A stretch of 64,000 nucleotides of DNA, taken from Octopus sinensis. Taxonomy: Eukaryota. Within the stretch, counting starts at the first letter, position 1. Each line of letters begins with the position of its first letter. Positions 49,677 through 63,495 of this stretch are shown piece by piece. The DNA lies in the NCBI RefSeq assembly GCF_006345805.1, contig NC_043012.1:37138001-37202000 (forward strand). The letters are read 5' to 3'. The translations under genes and the position numbers were made by a program. Under the pieces are notes generated by a model. That model ran no database searches. It saw only the letters and a program-made list of their open reading frames with translations, and was not told the origin of the DNA.

Positions 49677-49838
49677 CAACAATAATAATAATTTATTGAT
49701 TCATTAATTTTTTAAATACATATTCTACCTGTGAATTTGTGTGTGTAATCTGGGGATGCATACAATGAGCTTCTCTGCCCTAGGTGTACGGAAAACACTC
49801 AGTGAGAAGCGGAAGAAAATTTGAAGAAAGAGGGGTAA

Positions 49839-49892
<54 letters not shown>

Positions 49893-50034
49893 CCTTTCTA
49901 CTATAGATACAAGGTCTTAAATTTTAGGGGAGGGGACTAGTCGATTACATGGACCCCAGTGTTTCCCTGGTATTTAATTTATCGACCCTGAAAGGATGAA
50001 AGACAAAGTCGACCTTGAAAGTTGTAATAATGAT

Positions 50035-50320
50035 AATAACTGGAAAAGACTGAGCAGTGCAAGCCACTGAAAGATGAGATTGCACAAATGTAGGCAATGA
50101 AGGAAGTGACAATTATCCCAGTGGTTGTTGGGGATTTGGGGACATTAAGGGCCAGGTTTGAGAAAATTGTTGGAGAAACTGGGGTTGACAGGAAGGTAGA
50201 ATATGTTCAGAAAACCGCTTCATTGGGGATGGTGTGGATTTTGAGACTGGCACTTGGATGTTGAGTTGGATGGATGAAGAATCTGTGAGACCTTTGACAA
50301 CAGGTTGTTGTCCCTTTTTA
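50035..50320 (+). mobile_element. R4/Dong-like element C-terminal (RLE) remnant
   Basis: EKTEQCKPLKDEIAQM*AMRKVTIIPVVVG...QKTA pattern, with stops and frameshifts. Confidence 0.7.
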
Positions 50321-50639
50321 CGGAATTAGCTGGAGGAAGTGAAATCAAGAGCTCTGGGATGTGAAGTGACAATGATAATAAAAATGGCTTGAAACACAAA
50401 GAATTAAACTTTTGGTGTAAACATAATTGACAAAAATAATATAGGTGCAGGAGTGGCTGTGTGGTAAGTAGCTTGCTTACCAACCACATGGTTATGGCTT
50501 CAGTCCCACTGCGTGGCACCTTGGGCAAGTGTCTTCTACTATAGCCTCGGGCCGACCAAAGCCTTGTGAGTGGATTTGATAGACAGAAACTGAAAGAAGC
50601 CTGTCGTATATACGTATGTATATATATATATATATAATT

Positions 50640-50862
50640 ATTATTATATTATTATTAATCGTTGTTGTTGTTGTTGTTATTTCTCGGTGTCTATAAATAT
50701 TCATGTGCGTCATATGCATTCATTAACACGGCAAGTTTTGTTGCATCACTCTGACGTGTGTTTCTTATGTGTTGGAGAAAACCCGTTAAAACCTGTAACT
50801 TGTAATTGTTGGAATGTGTGTACATGTGTGCATATGTGTGTGTGTGTGTGTGATATACTTAC

Positions 50863-50880
<18 letters not shown>
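50640..50880 (+). repeat. ~200-bp near-identical inverted duplicate of 55250-55470
   Basis: TTCTCGGTGTCTATAAATATTCATG...GATATACTTACATATA matches the reverse complement at 55255-55450 with only about 2 substitutions. Confidence 0.9.
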
Positions 50881-50896
<16 letters not shown>

Positions 50897-51819
50897 ATAT
50901 GTGTTTATCACCTGCAACACCACTTTACAACCGATGCTGGTGTGTTTACATCCCTGTAACTTAGCGGTTCAGCAAAAGAGACCGATAGAATAAGTACTAG
51001 GCTTACAAAGAATAAGTCCTGGGGTCGATTTGCTCAACTAAAGACGGTGCTCCAGCATGGCTGCAGTCAAATGACTGAAACAGGTAAAAGAATATCAAAA
51101 TAATTTGTGAAGTTCTTCCAAAATGTACATTGAGAAGAGACAAAAATAGGAGAGAGAGAGAGAGGGGGACAGATGGAGAGAGAGAGAGAGAGGGACAGAA
51201 GGAGAGAGGGAAAGAGAAGGCGGTAGACAGTAGGAGAGAAGGAGAGAGAAAAAGAGGGACAGATGGAGAGAGGCAGTGAGAGAGAGAAAGAGATAATATT
51301 GGTCTGGTACCTTATATAGATTACTTTCAGGTAAGTCTTTATGGATAAGAAGAAAGCAGAATTGGCACACCTTTGTTAAAAGCGCCTACACTGGTGTCGT
51401 ATAAAAAGTCTCCATGTTGGTGTCACGTCAGAGTGCCAATGCCAGTGGCACATTAAAAGCATCCAGCACCCTCTGTAAAGCGGTTGGCATTAGGAAGGGC
51501 AGCATCCAGCTGTAGAAACCAGACGATTTTGACTTGGTGCAGCTCTCCAGCCTGCTCCAGCTTCCGTCAATGTGTCCAACCCATGCCAGCATGGAAAACA
51601 GACATTAAAGGATGATGATGATAATGATGTAAGTATCTATGGGTGTAGGTTGGCCACTGGCGCTGTTATTTAAACATTTACAAAACCTGAAGGAATATTT
51701 AGTTACCAGACACTTGACATCTTTCTGTCTCTCAGCCTATCCGTCTCCATATTGCTTTCTCTCTCTCCCTCTCTCTCACACCTTGCATACACAGACACAC
51801 AAACATGCATGTATATATA

Positions 51820-51857
<38 letters not shown>

Positions 51858-51959
51858 GAGAGGGGTAAAAGAGAGAGAGGAAGAGAAAGAGAGGGAGAGA
51901 GAGAGAGACACACACACACATATGGACGGATGAAAGGCTGGATGGATAAATAGACAGAC

Positions 51960-52023
<64 letters not shown>

Positions 52024-52029
52024 TGGTAG

Positions 52030-52060
<31 letters not shown>

Positions 52061-52063
52061 TAA

Positions 52064-52106
<43 letters not shown>

Positions 52107-52113
52107 TAAATAG

Positions 52114-52144
<31 letters not shown>

Positions 52145-52185
52145 TAAATAGATAGATAGATAGATAGATAGATAGAGAGAGATAA

Positions 52186-52254
<69 letters not shown>

Positions 52255-52357
52255 TAGTGGGTCCATTAATCCCAGAATTAATAATCACATTGGAAAGTAA
52301 AGGTTTTTGTTTTTGTTTTTTTTTGTCCTTTTCAGATGCCATCCTTATTATTGTTGT

Positions 52358-52389
<32 letters not shown>

Positions 52390-52561
52390 CTATTATTATC
52401 ATCATTATTATCATTATTATTATTATTATTATTATACAATATGATATGGAGCAGGGTGGAGGACGGCAGAGGGATAAAGTTGTGGTTGTTTTCACAATTA
52501 ATCAGCATTGATGTAACAATAAAAAATATTGGCAGACTGTCAGAGATTCACCACTTGCTTC

Positions 52562-52605
<44 letters not shown>

Positions 52606-53254
52606 AAAGAACCTCTAAGGCTTGCTTGTTGTTTTTAATATTCATGAGAGAAGCAGCTCAATAAAAAGCCAAAAAAAGAAAGAAAAAAAAAACTACAAAA
52701 AAAAACGAACCCCCCCCCCCACATCTCACATGATTGTTACGCATCTTGTTTCTCCACCCTCATTTTTTTTTTATTACTTATATTTCAATATGTTTCACAA
52801 AGAGTTTTTGACATATTTTGTGGTTTATTTAGTTCCATTTTTTTCCCCCTTCAAATATTGTAAAAAGAAAACTTTAAACGCAAAGACGGTGTTTTTTAAC
52901 TGCTTACCCTGGTTCCATTTGTTTAACAGTTATTCACGTTTCCTCAGGTTTTCCCCACTTCAATCGGGTTACACAGGGATTTCTGTTAAATTTCTGTGAC
53001 TCAGAAATTTACCTGGTGTCAAACATTAACACCAGATACATCCTACAGACTCTAGGACAGGCATAAATAACCGGTTTTGGGGAAGTGGGCTACATGAGAC
53101 ATGGCTCATCATCAGGTGGGCTGCACTACAAAAACCATGCAAGGTAATTTTTTGTTAGACAGGCCACAGTTTGCCCAGGACTGCTTTTGAAATTAACACA
53201 GTTTTGTCAAGTAAACGTGGATAAATATCAAATCATATGAATTTCCAATGGAAC

Positions 53255-53603
53255 ACCATCCAAGCATGATCGTTGCCAGAGCAGCCAACTGGGTTCTGTG
53301 CCAGTGGCACGTAAAAGGGCACCATTCGAGCGTGATCATTACCAACGTCGCCTTACTGGCACCTGTGCTGGTGGCATGTGTAAAAGGATTCGAGCGAGAT
53401 CGTTGCCAGTGCCATCTGACTGGCCACGTAAAAGCACCCACTACACTCTCGGAGTGGTTGGCGCTAGGAAGGGCATCCAGCTGTAGAAACTCTGTCAAAT
53501 CAAGATTGGAGCCTGGTGCAGCCATCTGGTTTGCCAGCCCTCAGTCAAAAATCGTCCAACCCATGCCAGCATGGAAAGCGGATGTTAAACGATGATGATG
53601 ATG
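53255..53603 (+). mobile_element. SINE family B copy
   Basis: Ends CCAACCCATGCCAGCATGGAAAGCGGATGTTAAACGATGATGATG. Confidence 0.8.
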
Positions 53604-54814
53604 TTTAAATTTTTGATCCATAATACTTTCATTACCATATTCCTCTTGAAATACACTTTGTTTAAATTAATTTTATTCAGCTGCTGATTGGAACAAATTA
53701 GCATAAAATTTTGAAGTAAAGTTTTAATTCAGATCCTTCAACTCTTTTGTTACCATATTTCTGTTGCAATACACTGCCTTTGTTCCAGTCAGTTTTGAAA
53801 ATAATGGAGAATTTTTATCAAAATGATTTTGTCATTATCAATCCAGTGTTGAAACATAAATTAAGAAATTTTTATGAAAGAATTTAATTTAGATCACTTC
53901 AACCCTTTTGTTACCATATTTCTGTAAACCTCATTGATTTCAATTATTTTAAAATAATTACGAATTTATTAAAATAAACTTTTCATTATTCAGCTGGTGT
54001 TTGGAACATAATTTAACATAAAATTTTGATTGAAGGTTTTGCCAACATTATAAAGGGGGTAGATATATAGACAGAGAGGCTGAAGATTGCTCAACATTTT
54101 AAAACTGATGTAATACTTACAGTGTTTAATAAAACAAAGTAGCATGAAACAATCGTACTACTCTACCTTGGATATCCTTGTTGCTTATTTTGATTATAAT
54201 CACCCCATTTGATTTATATGGATAATACCATACAAAATTCTGGTGCCTTTAACTTAAGTACCATATTCATCTGAATCTAAATTTTGCTGAACTTATATTA
54301 TATATATATATATATATTTGCCTTGCAAGGTCAGTGCAGATGCCATTTAAAAGCATCCAGTCCACACTGTAAAGTGGTTGGCATTTGGAAGGGCATCCAG
54401 CTGTAAAAACCATGCCAAAACTGACCTCACCTGTGCTTGTGCCATGTAAAATGCACTAAGTCCATTCTGCTGAGTTTTTGGTGTTAGGAAGGGCATCCAG
54501 TTGTAAAAATCCTGCCAAAACAGTCATAGAAGTCTGGTGTCGGCTCCTGGCAAATCAGCCCACCCATATCAGCATGGAAGGTGGACGTTAAACAATGATG
54601 ACGATGATGATGATGATGATGATATGTGTGTGCGTGTGTATGTATATATATCAGAAAAGGATGTGACACCAGTGGGAAAAACCAGTTCTCTTTAAATAAA
54701 ATCTTTAAATGAAGTCCCCTGCAATGAATTACAGAAACTACCTTCACCTCTCTAGACACCACACACATACAAGTATCCATACATACATACACACATACAT
54801 ACATACATACATAC

Positions 54815-55147
54815 AGGTGCAGGCATGGCTGTGTGGTAATGCATGGCACCTTGGACAAGTGTCTTCTACTATAGCCTCGGGCCGACCAAAGCCTTGTGAA
54901 TGGATTTGGTAGGCGGAAACTGGAAGAAGCCTGCCGTGTGTGTATTGTTTGTGTGTTTGTATTTGTCCCACCAACATCACTTGACAACCGATGCTGGTGT
55001 GTTTACGTCCTCGCAACTTAGCAGTTCGGCAAAGGAGACCGATAGAATAAGTACTAGGCTTACAAAGAATAAGGTCTGGGTTTGATTTGCTCGACTAAAG
55101 TCGATGCTCCAGCATGGCCACAGTCAAATGACTGAAACAAGTAAAAG
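54815..55147 (+). mobile_element. SINE family A copy
   Basis: Family match with a head deletion. Confidence 0.8.
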
Positions 55148-55158
55148 TGTATACATGC

Positions 55159-55200
<42 letters not shown>

Positions 55201-55951
55201 CACACACACACATACATATGTATATATATATATATATATACACACACTCACGTATACATATATATATATGTAAGTATATCACACACACACACACACATAT
55301 GCACGCATGTACACACATTCCAATAATTACAAGTTACAGGTTTTAACGGGTTTTCTCCAACACATAAGAAACACACGTCAGAGTGATGCAACAAAACTTG
55401 CCGTGTTAATGAATGCATATGACGCACATGAATATTTATAGACACCGAGAAACAATAACAACAACAACAACAACAATAATAATGATAATAATAATAATAA
55501 TAATGACATTAATAATAATATTAATAATAAGAATAATGGCATTAATAATATTAATAATAGTTATGATAAAAAGGACAAGGTATGTAGTTCCCAGGCAGAC
55601 CGACAGACAGGGCCATTGATTGGTCAATGTGGGATAATTCCTGTTTCAAATCCAGTCGTAGTCGTTAGTCACAGTATTTTGCTTGTACTAGTTTACCTAC
55701 CTTTCAAATGAAATATTTCTTTCGCTTCATGGTTCAGTTGTTTTCATGAAGGAGAAGCAGTCACCAGGAAATTTTTTTCTCTTTTAATGCACTATATGTG
55801 TGGGTGTGCATATACATAAATACGTATACACACGCACATATATACATACATACACACACATGTATACCTATACATACATACCTGCATACATACATACATA
55901 CATACTTGCATACATACATACCTACATATATACATACATATACAAACATAC

Positions 55952-56318
55952 ATGGCGCAGGAGTGGCTGTGTGGGAAGTAGCTTGTTTACCAACCACATG
56001 ATTCCGGGTTCAGTCCCACTGCGTGACACCTTGGACAAGTGTCTTCTACTATAGTCTCGGGCTGACCAAAGCCTTGTGAGTGGATTTGGTAGACGGAAAC
56101 TGAAAGAAGCTTGTCGTATATATGTGTGTGCGTGTGTGTTTGTGAGTCTGTGTTTGTCCCCCTAGCATTGCTTGACAACCGATGCGGGTGTGTTTATGTC
56201 CCCGTCACATAGTGGTTCGGCAAAAGAGACCGATAGAATAAGTACTGGGCTTACAAAGAATAAGTCCCGGGGTCGATTTGCTCGACTAAAGGCAGTGCTC
56301 CAGCATGGCCACAGTCAA
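55952..56318 (+). mobile_element. SINE family A near-full copy
   Basis: GGCGCAGGAGTGGCTGTGTGG...GGGTTCAGTCCC...CCAGCATGGCCACAGTCAA. Confidence 0.85.
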
Positions 56319-56834
56319 GTATACAAACATGCATATACACAAACACACATACCTATACATACATACATACACATGTGTATACCTATATATACATACATAC
56401 CTGCATACATATATGTTTGTGTGTGTAGAAGTGCATGTGTAGCTCTGTGGTGAAGGCGTCTGTCTCAGAATCATGTGGTTCCAAGTTCAATCTCCCTCCT
56501 TGGCACCTTGCTCAAGTATCCTTTACTAGCCCCCCCCCCTCCCACCGACTGACTAAAGCCCTATGAATGAATACGGTAGGTGGAAACTAAAAGAAGCCCA
56601 TTGTATCTCTTTTATCTTATCCTTGTTTCAGTCATTAGACTGTGACCATGCTGGGGCACCACCTTGAATGAAATGACCCCAGGAATGATTTCTTTGTTTT
56701 CTAAACCTTCTACTTATTCTATCGGAATGTAAAGACAGACGAAATACTGCTAAAAATTTCACCCGGCATGCTAATGTTGTTGCCTTAATAATAATAATAA
56801 TAATGATAATAATAATAATAATGATAATAATAAT

Positions 56835-57410
56835 AATAAATGCCCTGATGCAGTACCAGGCAGTGGCTCTCATGGCTTCTGATCTTAACTGATTGGAAGT
56901 GTTATCATGTACCTTGTTTTGTCTTGGTATAAAAGATGGCCTACAACAAATATTCTGCTCAATACCACAGATTTGCTTGTCAGTTATTTGACCATAACCA
57001 GTTGAGCATGTCCCTTAGTGGCTGACGATATGTGTATCTCTGATCACGAGTAGAAGTAGTGGGGGAGCATCATAGCCATGTGTTGAGAAGGATTCTTTGG
57101 GGTTTGAATAATTCACCTCTGGAAACATGAGTGGTTCTTTCAACATCCTTAAACAACCCTTATTCAGGGACCTTTTGAGCGGGAAAGGCTACTCAACCTT
57201 AAGAAAATTCTAACTGGGCCCCACCTGCAAGGTCATGCGCTGTTTATCTTGATATGAGATCACCATGTCGCGCACATATGCTTGTGATGCATGTGCCTGG
57301 TGTACCCTTATCAGACGGGTAGTCATGATGGGTATATTGGGCTTTGTATATTTTACCCCAGTGTCACTTTGATGGCATGAACTGCTCTCTCACTCAATAA
57401 TAATAATAAA
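56835..57410 (+). mobile_element. ~575-bp (TAA)n-flanked non-coding interspersed element
   Basis: Embedded in (TAA)n on both sides; 3' half repeated at 12165-12420; class unknown. Confidence 0.6.
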
Positions 57411-57883
57411 AAATTATTTTTATAGGCCACAAGGGCTGACAAATATGATTGGAAAACATAAAGGGACAAAACAGGACGAAAAGGTTACAAAAGGTTTTGT
57501 CCGTTTTTCAAAAGAAAAAAGTCCGTATAAACAAGCTTTATGACAACGAAAAAATTTTAACAATTTAACTCCCAATTGAGGAAATGCTTCGAAAAAAGAA
57601 AAGGTCTCATGTGGAAAAACCCATAAAATAATAATAATATTAATAATAATAATAATAATAATAATAATGGTAGTTTCAAATTTTGGCACATAGCTAGAAA
57701 TTTTGGGGGAGGGGATCAGTTGATTACATTGACCCCAGTATGCAACTGATACTTATCTTATCAACCCTGTAAAGGTGAAAGGCAAAGTTGACATCAGTGG
57801 AATTTGAACTCAGATCGTAAGGACGGACGAAATACCGCTAAACATTTTGCTCAGCGTGTTAATAATTCTGCCAGTTTGCCACC

Positions 57884-57993
<110 letters not shown>

Positions 57994-58289
57994 GTTTAAG
58001 ACAGTTGAAAAGAATAGATAGCATGGTACCATAGGCTGCAGGTAGCAAGCCTGTTATATTCAAGACCCCAGGAGTACTGGAATTGGTTTGTTCATCTAAA
58101 CACTTCAAGACGGTGACCTAGAATGGCCACAGTCCAATGAGTGAAACAAGTAAATGACAGGGGTCAAAAGAGGAAAACTGACCACACTTTTGAAGCAAGG
58201 AGACCAGATATGTTTAGTGAGCCAAAAAATGTTGAACTCTGCCATGCCATATTATTAAAGAGTGGTTACTAAAGAAATTGGGACAAAAA

Positions 58290-58509
58290 CTGTAAAATAT
58301 CAGGACTGAACCAGAGAGATGAAGAGATTGTGGAAAACGAAGACAACAGTAATTCCTGTGGGAACTGGTGCAGTTGGAACAACACCCAAACTGCTATCTC
58401 AGAGGCTGAAGGATGTTGAAATTGAGATGGGCATTGTTGACCGGCAGAAAAGTACCATCCTATATTCTGAAAGAACCCTAAGGAAAATTTTTGAGATCTG
58501 AGGAGACTT
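58290..58509 (+). mobile_element. R4/Dong-like element extreme C-terminus
   Basis: MKRLWKTKTTVIPVGTGAVGTTPKLLSQRLKD...QKSTILYSERTLRKIFEI*; the 3' UTR continues at 58767 after a SINE insertion. Confidence 0.8.
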
Positions 58510-58659
58510 ACATTATTTACACTATTTACATTTGACAGATATTTGTCCTCATCTTGTTTGTTGCTAACACAACGTTTCGGCTGGTATACCGTCCAGTCTT
58601 CTTCAGGTGTCTTGGAGAAATTTCAAAACCTGGGTTCTCATTCCTAAAGTATTTTTCGA

Positions 58660-58697
<38 letters not shown>

Positions 58698-58766
58698 TCA
58701 CTGCCTGGAATTGAACTTGGAATCTTGGAGTTAGTAGCCCGAGCTCTTAACCACTAATCCATAGAC
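58510..58766 (-). mobile_element. tRNA-headed SINE with hammerhead-containing 3' tail, copy 2
   Basis: Same architecture as 48777-49031. HHR ACAC-CTGAAGA-A-GACTGG...CCAGCC-GAAA-CG-T-T-GTGT at 58567-58610; 12-bp TSD CTGAGGAGACTT at 58498-58509 and 58767-58778. Confidence 0.85.
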
Positions 58767-59286
58767 CTGAGGAGACTTGTTGTCACCAGATCAGATCGGA
58801 GCCTGGTGCAGCCATCTGGCTCACCAGTCCTCACTCAACCCGTCCAACCCATGCCAGCATGGAAAAATGGACGTTAAACAATGATGATGATGTTGTTATC
58901 AAGCCTCAAGACAACATCACTGCTAACTGATACAGCATGTAATAGCTTTTACAACAACAACAACAAACAGCAGTAACAATAAGGGACTTAAGTAAGGTTG
59001 GAGAACATGAGCAGCAGAGTGCATGAATGTGGAATGATGTGAATATGATGTCATCAGAGTATGAGGTAATCTATGTTTTATAAAGATGTAGGAAGTTTGT
59101 GTCAGTAGAGTTTCAAAAAAAAGGTAGGTGATACTCAGAGTCATTCTCCAATTGGCAGATTGGTTTCATAGCGCAATGGCTGTCCTGGTACGACAGGTAT
59201 CAAAATCAATAATGTGTTTGACCATTGATTGACAGATCAATGTTTATCTATAAATATTATTTATCTATTTACATTGGATGGATGGA

Positions 59287-59666
59287 AACACTCCGTCGGT
59301 TATGACGACGAAGGTTCCGGTTGATCCGATCAACGGAACAGCCTGCTCGTGAAATTAACGTGTAAGTGGCTGAGCACTCCACAGACACGTGTACCCTTAA
59401 CGTAGTTCTCGGGGATATTCAGCGTGACACAGAGAGTGACAAGGCCGGCCCTTTGAAATACAGGTACAACAGAAACAGGAAGTAAGAGTGAGAGAAAGTT
59501 GTGGTGAAAGAGTACAGCAGGGATCACCACCATCCCCTGCCGGAGCCTCGTGGAGCTTTAGGTGTTTTCGCTCAATAAACACTCACAACGCCCGGTCTGG
59601 GAATCGAAACCGCAATCCTACGACCGCGAGTCCACTGCCCTAACCACTGGGCCATTGCACCTCCAC
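59287..59666 (-). mobile_element. SINE family D copy
   Basis: Reverse complement of 43413-43775. Confidence 0.8.
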
Positions 59667-61773
59667 TTTCTATTTATATTAATCCATCTATGGATGGATT
59701 AATGTAACTATGATTTGTCCAGTATTGGCTCAGTGAAACCTAACCACAAACAGACACAGCTCATTTCTTTATCAATTTCTTTGGTTTCTACTGCTCATTC
59801 TGAGCCTTTTAGGGACCTCCAGTAGACTATGAGAGCCCCACAAGACTGTTGAATTATGCAAATGCTTGACTTGAAACAGCAGCCTAATTTTTGTCAAATC
59901 TCACCTGTCTGAAATATAGGGCTCACTGAAAATATAATTCAACATGTAGGGCATGGCTGGAAAATCTTTGATCATAGGTCTGCTGGATCAGGGCTGACAT
60001 GGGTAAGGGAACATGGAACAAAGTAATTCAATATGTAGGGCATGGCTGGAACACCTTTGACCATAAGCCTGTTGGATCAGAGTTGACATTTATCTAAAGA
60101 ACAATGCTACATTATCTTCAAAGAGATTGCAGTGGTGGTTCAAATGCCCTGCCCCTGAGACACACTTGATGATATGAAATGATAAAGAAGGTTCATAAAA
60201 AGAGAATAACCAGTAATTAACGAGGGCAGGGAGGAGAGAATAAAATGAGGTCAGGTTTTAGGAATTGAAGTACTTGTTTGTGTGTGTGTGTGTGAAAGAG
60301 AGGGAGAAAGAAAGAGAGAGTGAGAGAGAGAGGGAAAGAGATAGTGAGAGAGAGAGAAAGAGAGAGATGGGAAAGAGTTGGAGATAAATAGATGATAGAG
60401 GGAGAGAGAGACAAAGAAAGAGAGAGAGAGTGAGAGAGGGAGAGAGAGAGATGGGAAAGAGTTGGAGATAAATAGATGAGAGAGGGAGAGAGAGACAAAG
60501 AAAGAGAGAAAGAGAGAGGGAGAGAGAGAGGGGAAAGAGAGAGAGAGAAAGAGACAAAGAAAGAGAGGGAGAGAGAGAGACAAAGAAAGAGAGGGAGAGA
60601 GAGAGACGGAAAGAGAGAGAGGGAGAGAGAATAAGCTTTTAAGGTAAAGCTGGTGGTGATGGCAAATGTTTTCCGAATGAAGTACAATTCCGATCTGAAG
60701 AAATAAATAATAATGGTGAAAGAAAATAAAGTAACATCTCGTAATTAGTGGTTGAGCAATAATTATTAGAAAGAAAGAAAGAAAGAAAGAAAGAAAAACA
60801 CACAAACTTGCAAAAAACAAATATACAAAAAATAAAAGGACAAACGGAAACAAATGCAAAAAAAACAAACAAACACAAAAACCTACAAATAATTATGAAT
60901 ACAGTCCCCATTATCCCCCAACTCCCTGAAAAACCCTGTTTCTTATTTTTAACAAAAGGGAACAGACAAAAAGATATTTACTCACAATCAAATGGTATCC
61001 ATTTATTTTGAACATTTTTCATGTCAAAATAACAAAAGGAGATGAAAAATATATTATTTATTATTTATTTACTTTTTTCCCCCTCCTCTTAAATATTTTA
61101 CACAAAAAAAATAATAAAAGCCATTGTTTTTCTTTGGCATTTTTCGTATTCTAGGTCTTTTTTTTTTTCTTCTTTTATTTAAACCTGATAATAATGTAGA
61201 GGAATGTTCCTTCTTTTACAATGGGTTTGTATAGACATGAAAAATGCTGGGATTTACTGAGCATGAGTCATGGAGAGAGAGAGAGAAGGAGAGAGAGAGA
61301 AGAGAGGAGAGAGAGAGAGAGAGAGAGAGAATATAACTTTTGTCAATAACAACAATGACAAGATGACTCAAACTGCTTGGAATCTCTTGGATGGCTTTTT
61401 AAGTCAATCAAGAATTGCTAATTCTGTACCTGAATATATATATATATATATATAATATATATATAATATATATATAATATATATATAATGTATGTATGTG
61501 TGTGTGTGTGTATGTATATATATATATATATATGTATGTATATGTATATAATGTGTGTGTGTGTGTATGTATGTATATACACACATACAGAGACATATAT
61601 ACACATATATAGACATACATTCTCATATATATATATATATGTATGAATGTATTGTTATATAAACGCATGTAAGTAAACTTAGAAATAGGTATGATTAAAT
61701 TATACATATATGTATGTGTGTATATATATATGTGTGTATATATATGTATATACACATATATATGTGTGTATGA

Positions 61774-61808
<35 letters not shown>

Positions 61809-62282
61809 ATATGTATGTATATATATATGCATATACACATATATATATGTGTATGAGTGTATATATATATATATATATATGTATGTATATATAAATATAT
61901 TATATACACATATATATGTGTATGAGTATATATATATATATGGTAATTATCTACTCCTTATGCAGAGTTTGACCATCTCCTGTCCCTTCACCTTAGAACC
62001 ATCATGGCATATGATGTGGCTTTTTAAACCAGACAATGTTTTGAAAAGACCCCCCATAGAATGCATATACACATATACATGCAAGAGATAGTTTTGTTTC
62101 ATGAGCCCAGGACACTTTAAGTAGCATGGAACCAAATCAAATGGTTTTTAATTATTATATTTTATATATAGGCACAGGCAAGGCTGTGTGTTAAGATGCT
62201 TGCTTCCCAACCCCGTGGTTCCGGGTTCAGTCCCACTGAAGCCTTGTGAGTGGATTTGGTAGACAGAAACTGTAAGAAACCT

Positions 62283-62317
<35 letters not shown>

Positions 62318-62405
62318 GAAGAATTCACAAAAAAACAAAAGACGAAGACAGGTGGTGTTGACAACAAACAGATGTGTTAGTTTAACGCTCAGGAAGTGAA
62401 AAAGT

Positions 62406-62441
62406 CTTTAACATTTCGAGCCTACGCTCTTCTACAGAAAG
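62406..62441 (-). ncRNA. Hammerhead-like motif, variant core CUGUAGA
   Basis: Minus strand CTTT-CTGTAGA-A-GAGC-GTAG-GCTC-GAAA-TG-T-T-AAAG; perfect stems I and II. Confidence 0.5.
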
Positions 62442-63000
62442 GGACACAGAAAGAAACGAGGAGAGAAAATAAAGAGAGAAGTATGTGTGTGTCTTTGTGT
62501 TTGTCCCCACAACATCACTTGACCACTGATGTTGGTATGTTTACATCACTGTAATTTAGCGGTTCGGCAAAAGATACTGATAGAATAAGTACCAGGCTTA
62601 CAAAGATTAAGTCCAGAGGTCGATTTCTTCAACTGAAAGGCAGTGCTCCAGTATGACCCCAGTCAAATGACTGAAACAAATAAAAAAAATATATAAAAAG
62701 CACCTACTACACTCTTGGAGTGGTTGGCGTCAGTGAGGTCTTCCAGCTGTAGAAACTTTGCCAGATCAGATTGGAGCCTAGTGCAGCCTTCTGGCTTGCC
62801 AGTCCTCAAACTATACAACCCATGCCAGCATGGAAAGTGGATGTTAAACGACAATGATGCTGATGATGATGATATATATGTAAGATCCAGGGATCAAGGT
62901 GTAGGAAGAAAGTTAGCTTCAAGCAATCCGTAGTAAATATGAAAAAACAACTTTCAGGGAAAATTGTGGTCAATTGAGACGGAAGGTTACACTTTTACTC

Positions 63001-63394
63001 TTTTACTTGTTTCAGTCATTTGACTGTGGCCATGCTGGAGCACCGCCTTTAGTCAAGCAAATCGACCCCAGGACTTATTCTTTGTAAGCCTAGTACTTAT
63101 TCTATCAGTCTCTTTTGCCAGACTGCTAAGTTACAGGGACGTAAACACACCAGCATCGGTTGTCAATCGATGTTGGTGGGGACAAACACAGACACACAAA
63201 CACATACATACATATATATATACATATACACGATGGGCTTTTTTCAGTTTCCATCTACCAAATCCACTCACAAGGCTTTGGTTGGCCCGAGACTATAGTA
63301 GAAGACACTTGCCCAAGGTGCCATGCAGTGGGACTGAACCTGGAACCACGTGGTTCATAAGCAAGCTACTTACCACACAGCCACTCCTATGCCT
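63001..63394 (-). mobile_element. SINE family A reference copy (~390 bp)
   Basis: tRNA-like head with A-box (TGGCTGTGTGG) and B-box (GGTTCAGTCCC), CORE-like CCTTGGGCAAGTGTCTTC, central (TA)/(TG) microsatellite and conserved 3' body; more than 20 full or partial copies in the window. Confidence 0.9.
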
Positions 63395-63495
63395 GTGGAT
63401 TTTTTTCGTATCAAAGTCCAATAAACTGAAAAAGGTTCTTTTTATATTTCGCAGTAGGTGACCAGGGCTGCTGGGTGTGCGAATAAGCATAGATG

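Noticed and set aside
53070-53118. Minus-strand CTGATGA...CAAAACCGGTT hammerhead-like string
   Set aside because: GAAA is replaced by AAAA and no stem I pairing could be found.
59160-59200. tRNA-like GGTTTCATAGCGCAATGG plus a CTGTC-CTGGTAC-GACAG arm
   Set aside because: No T-arm/B-box or acceptor-stem partner, so it is not a tRNA gene.
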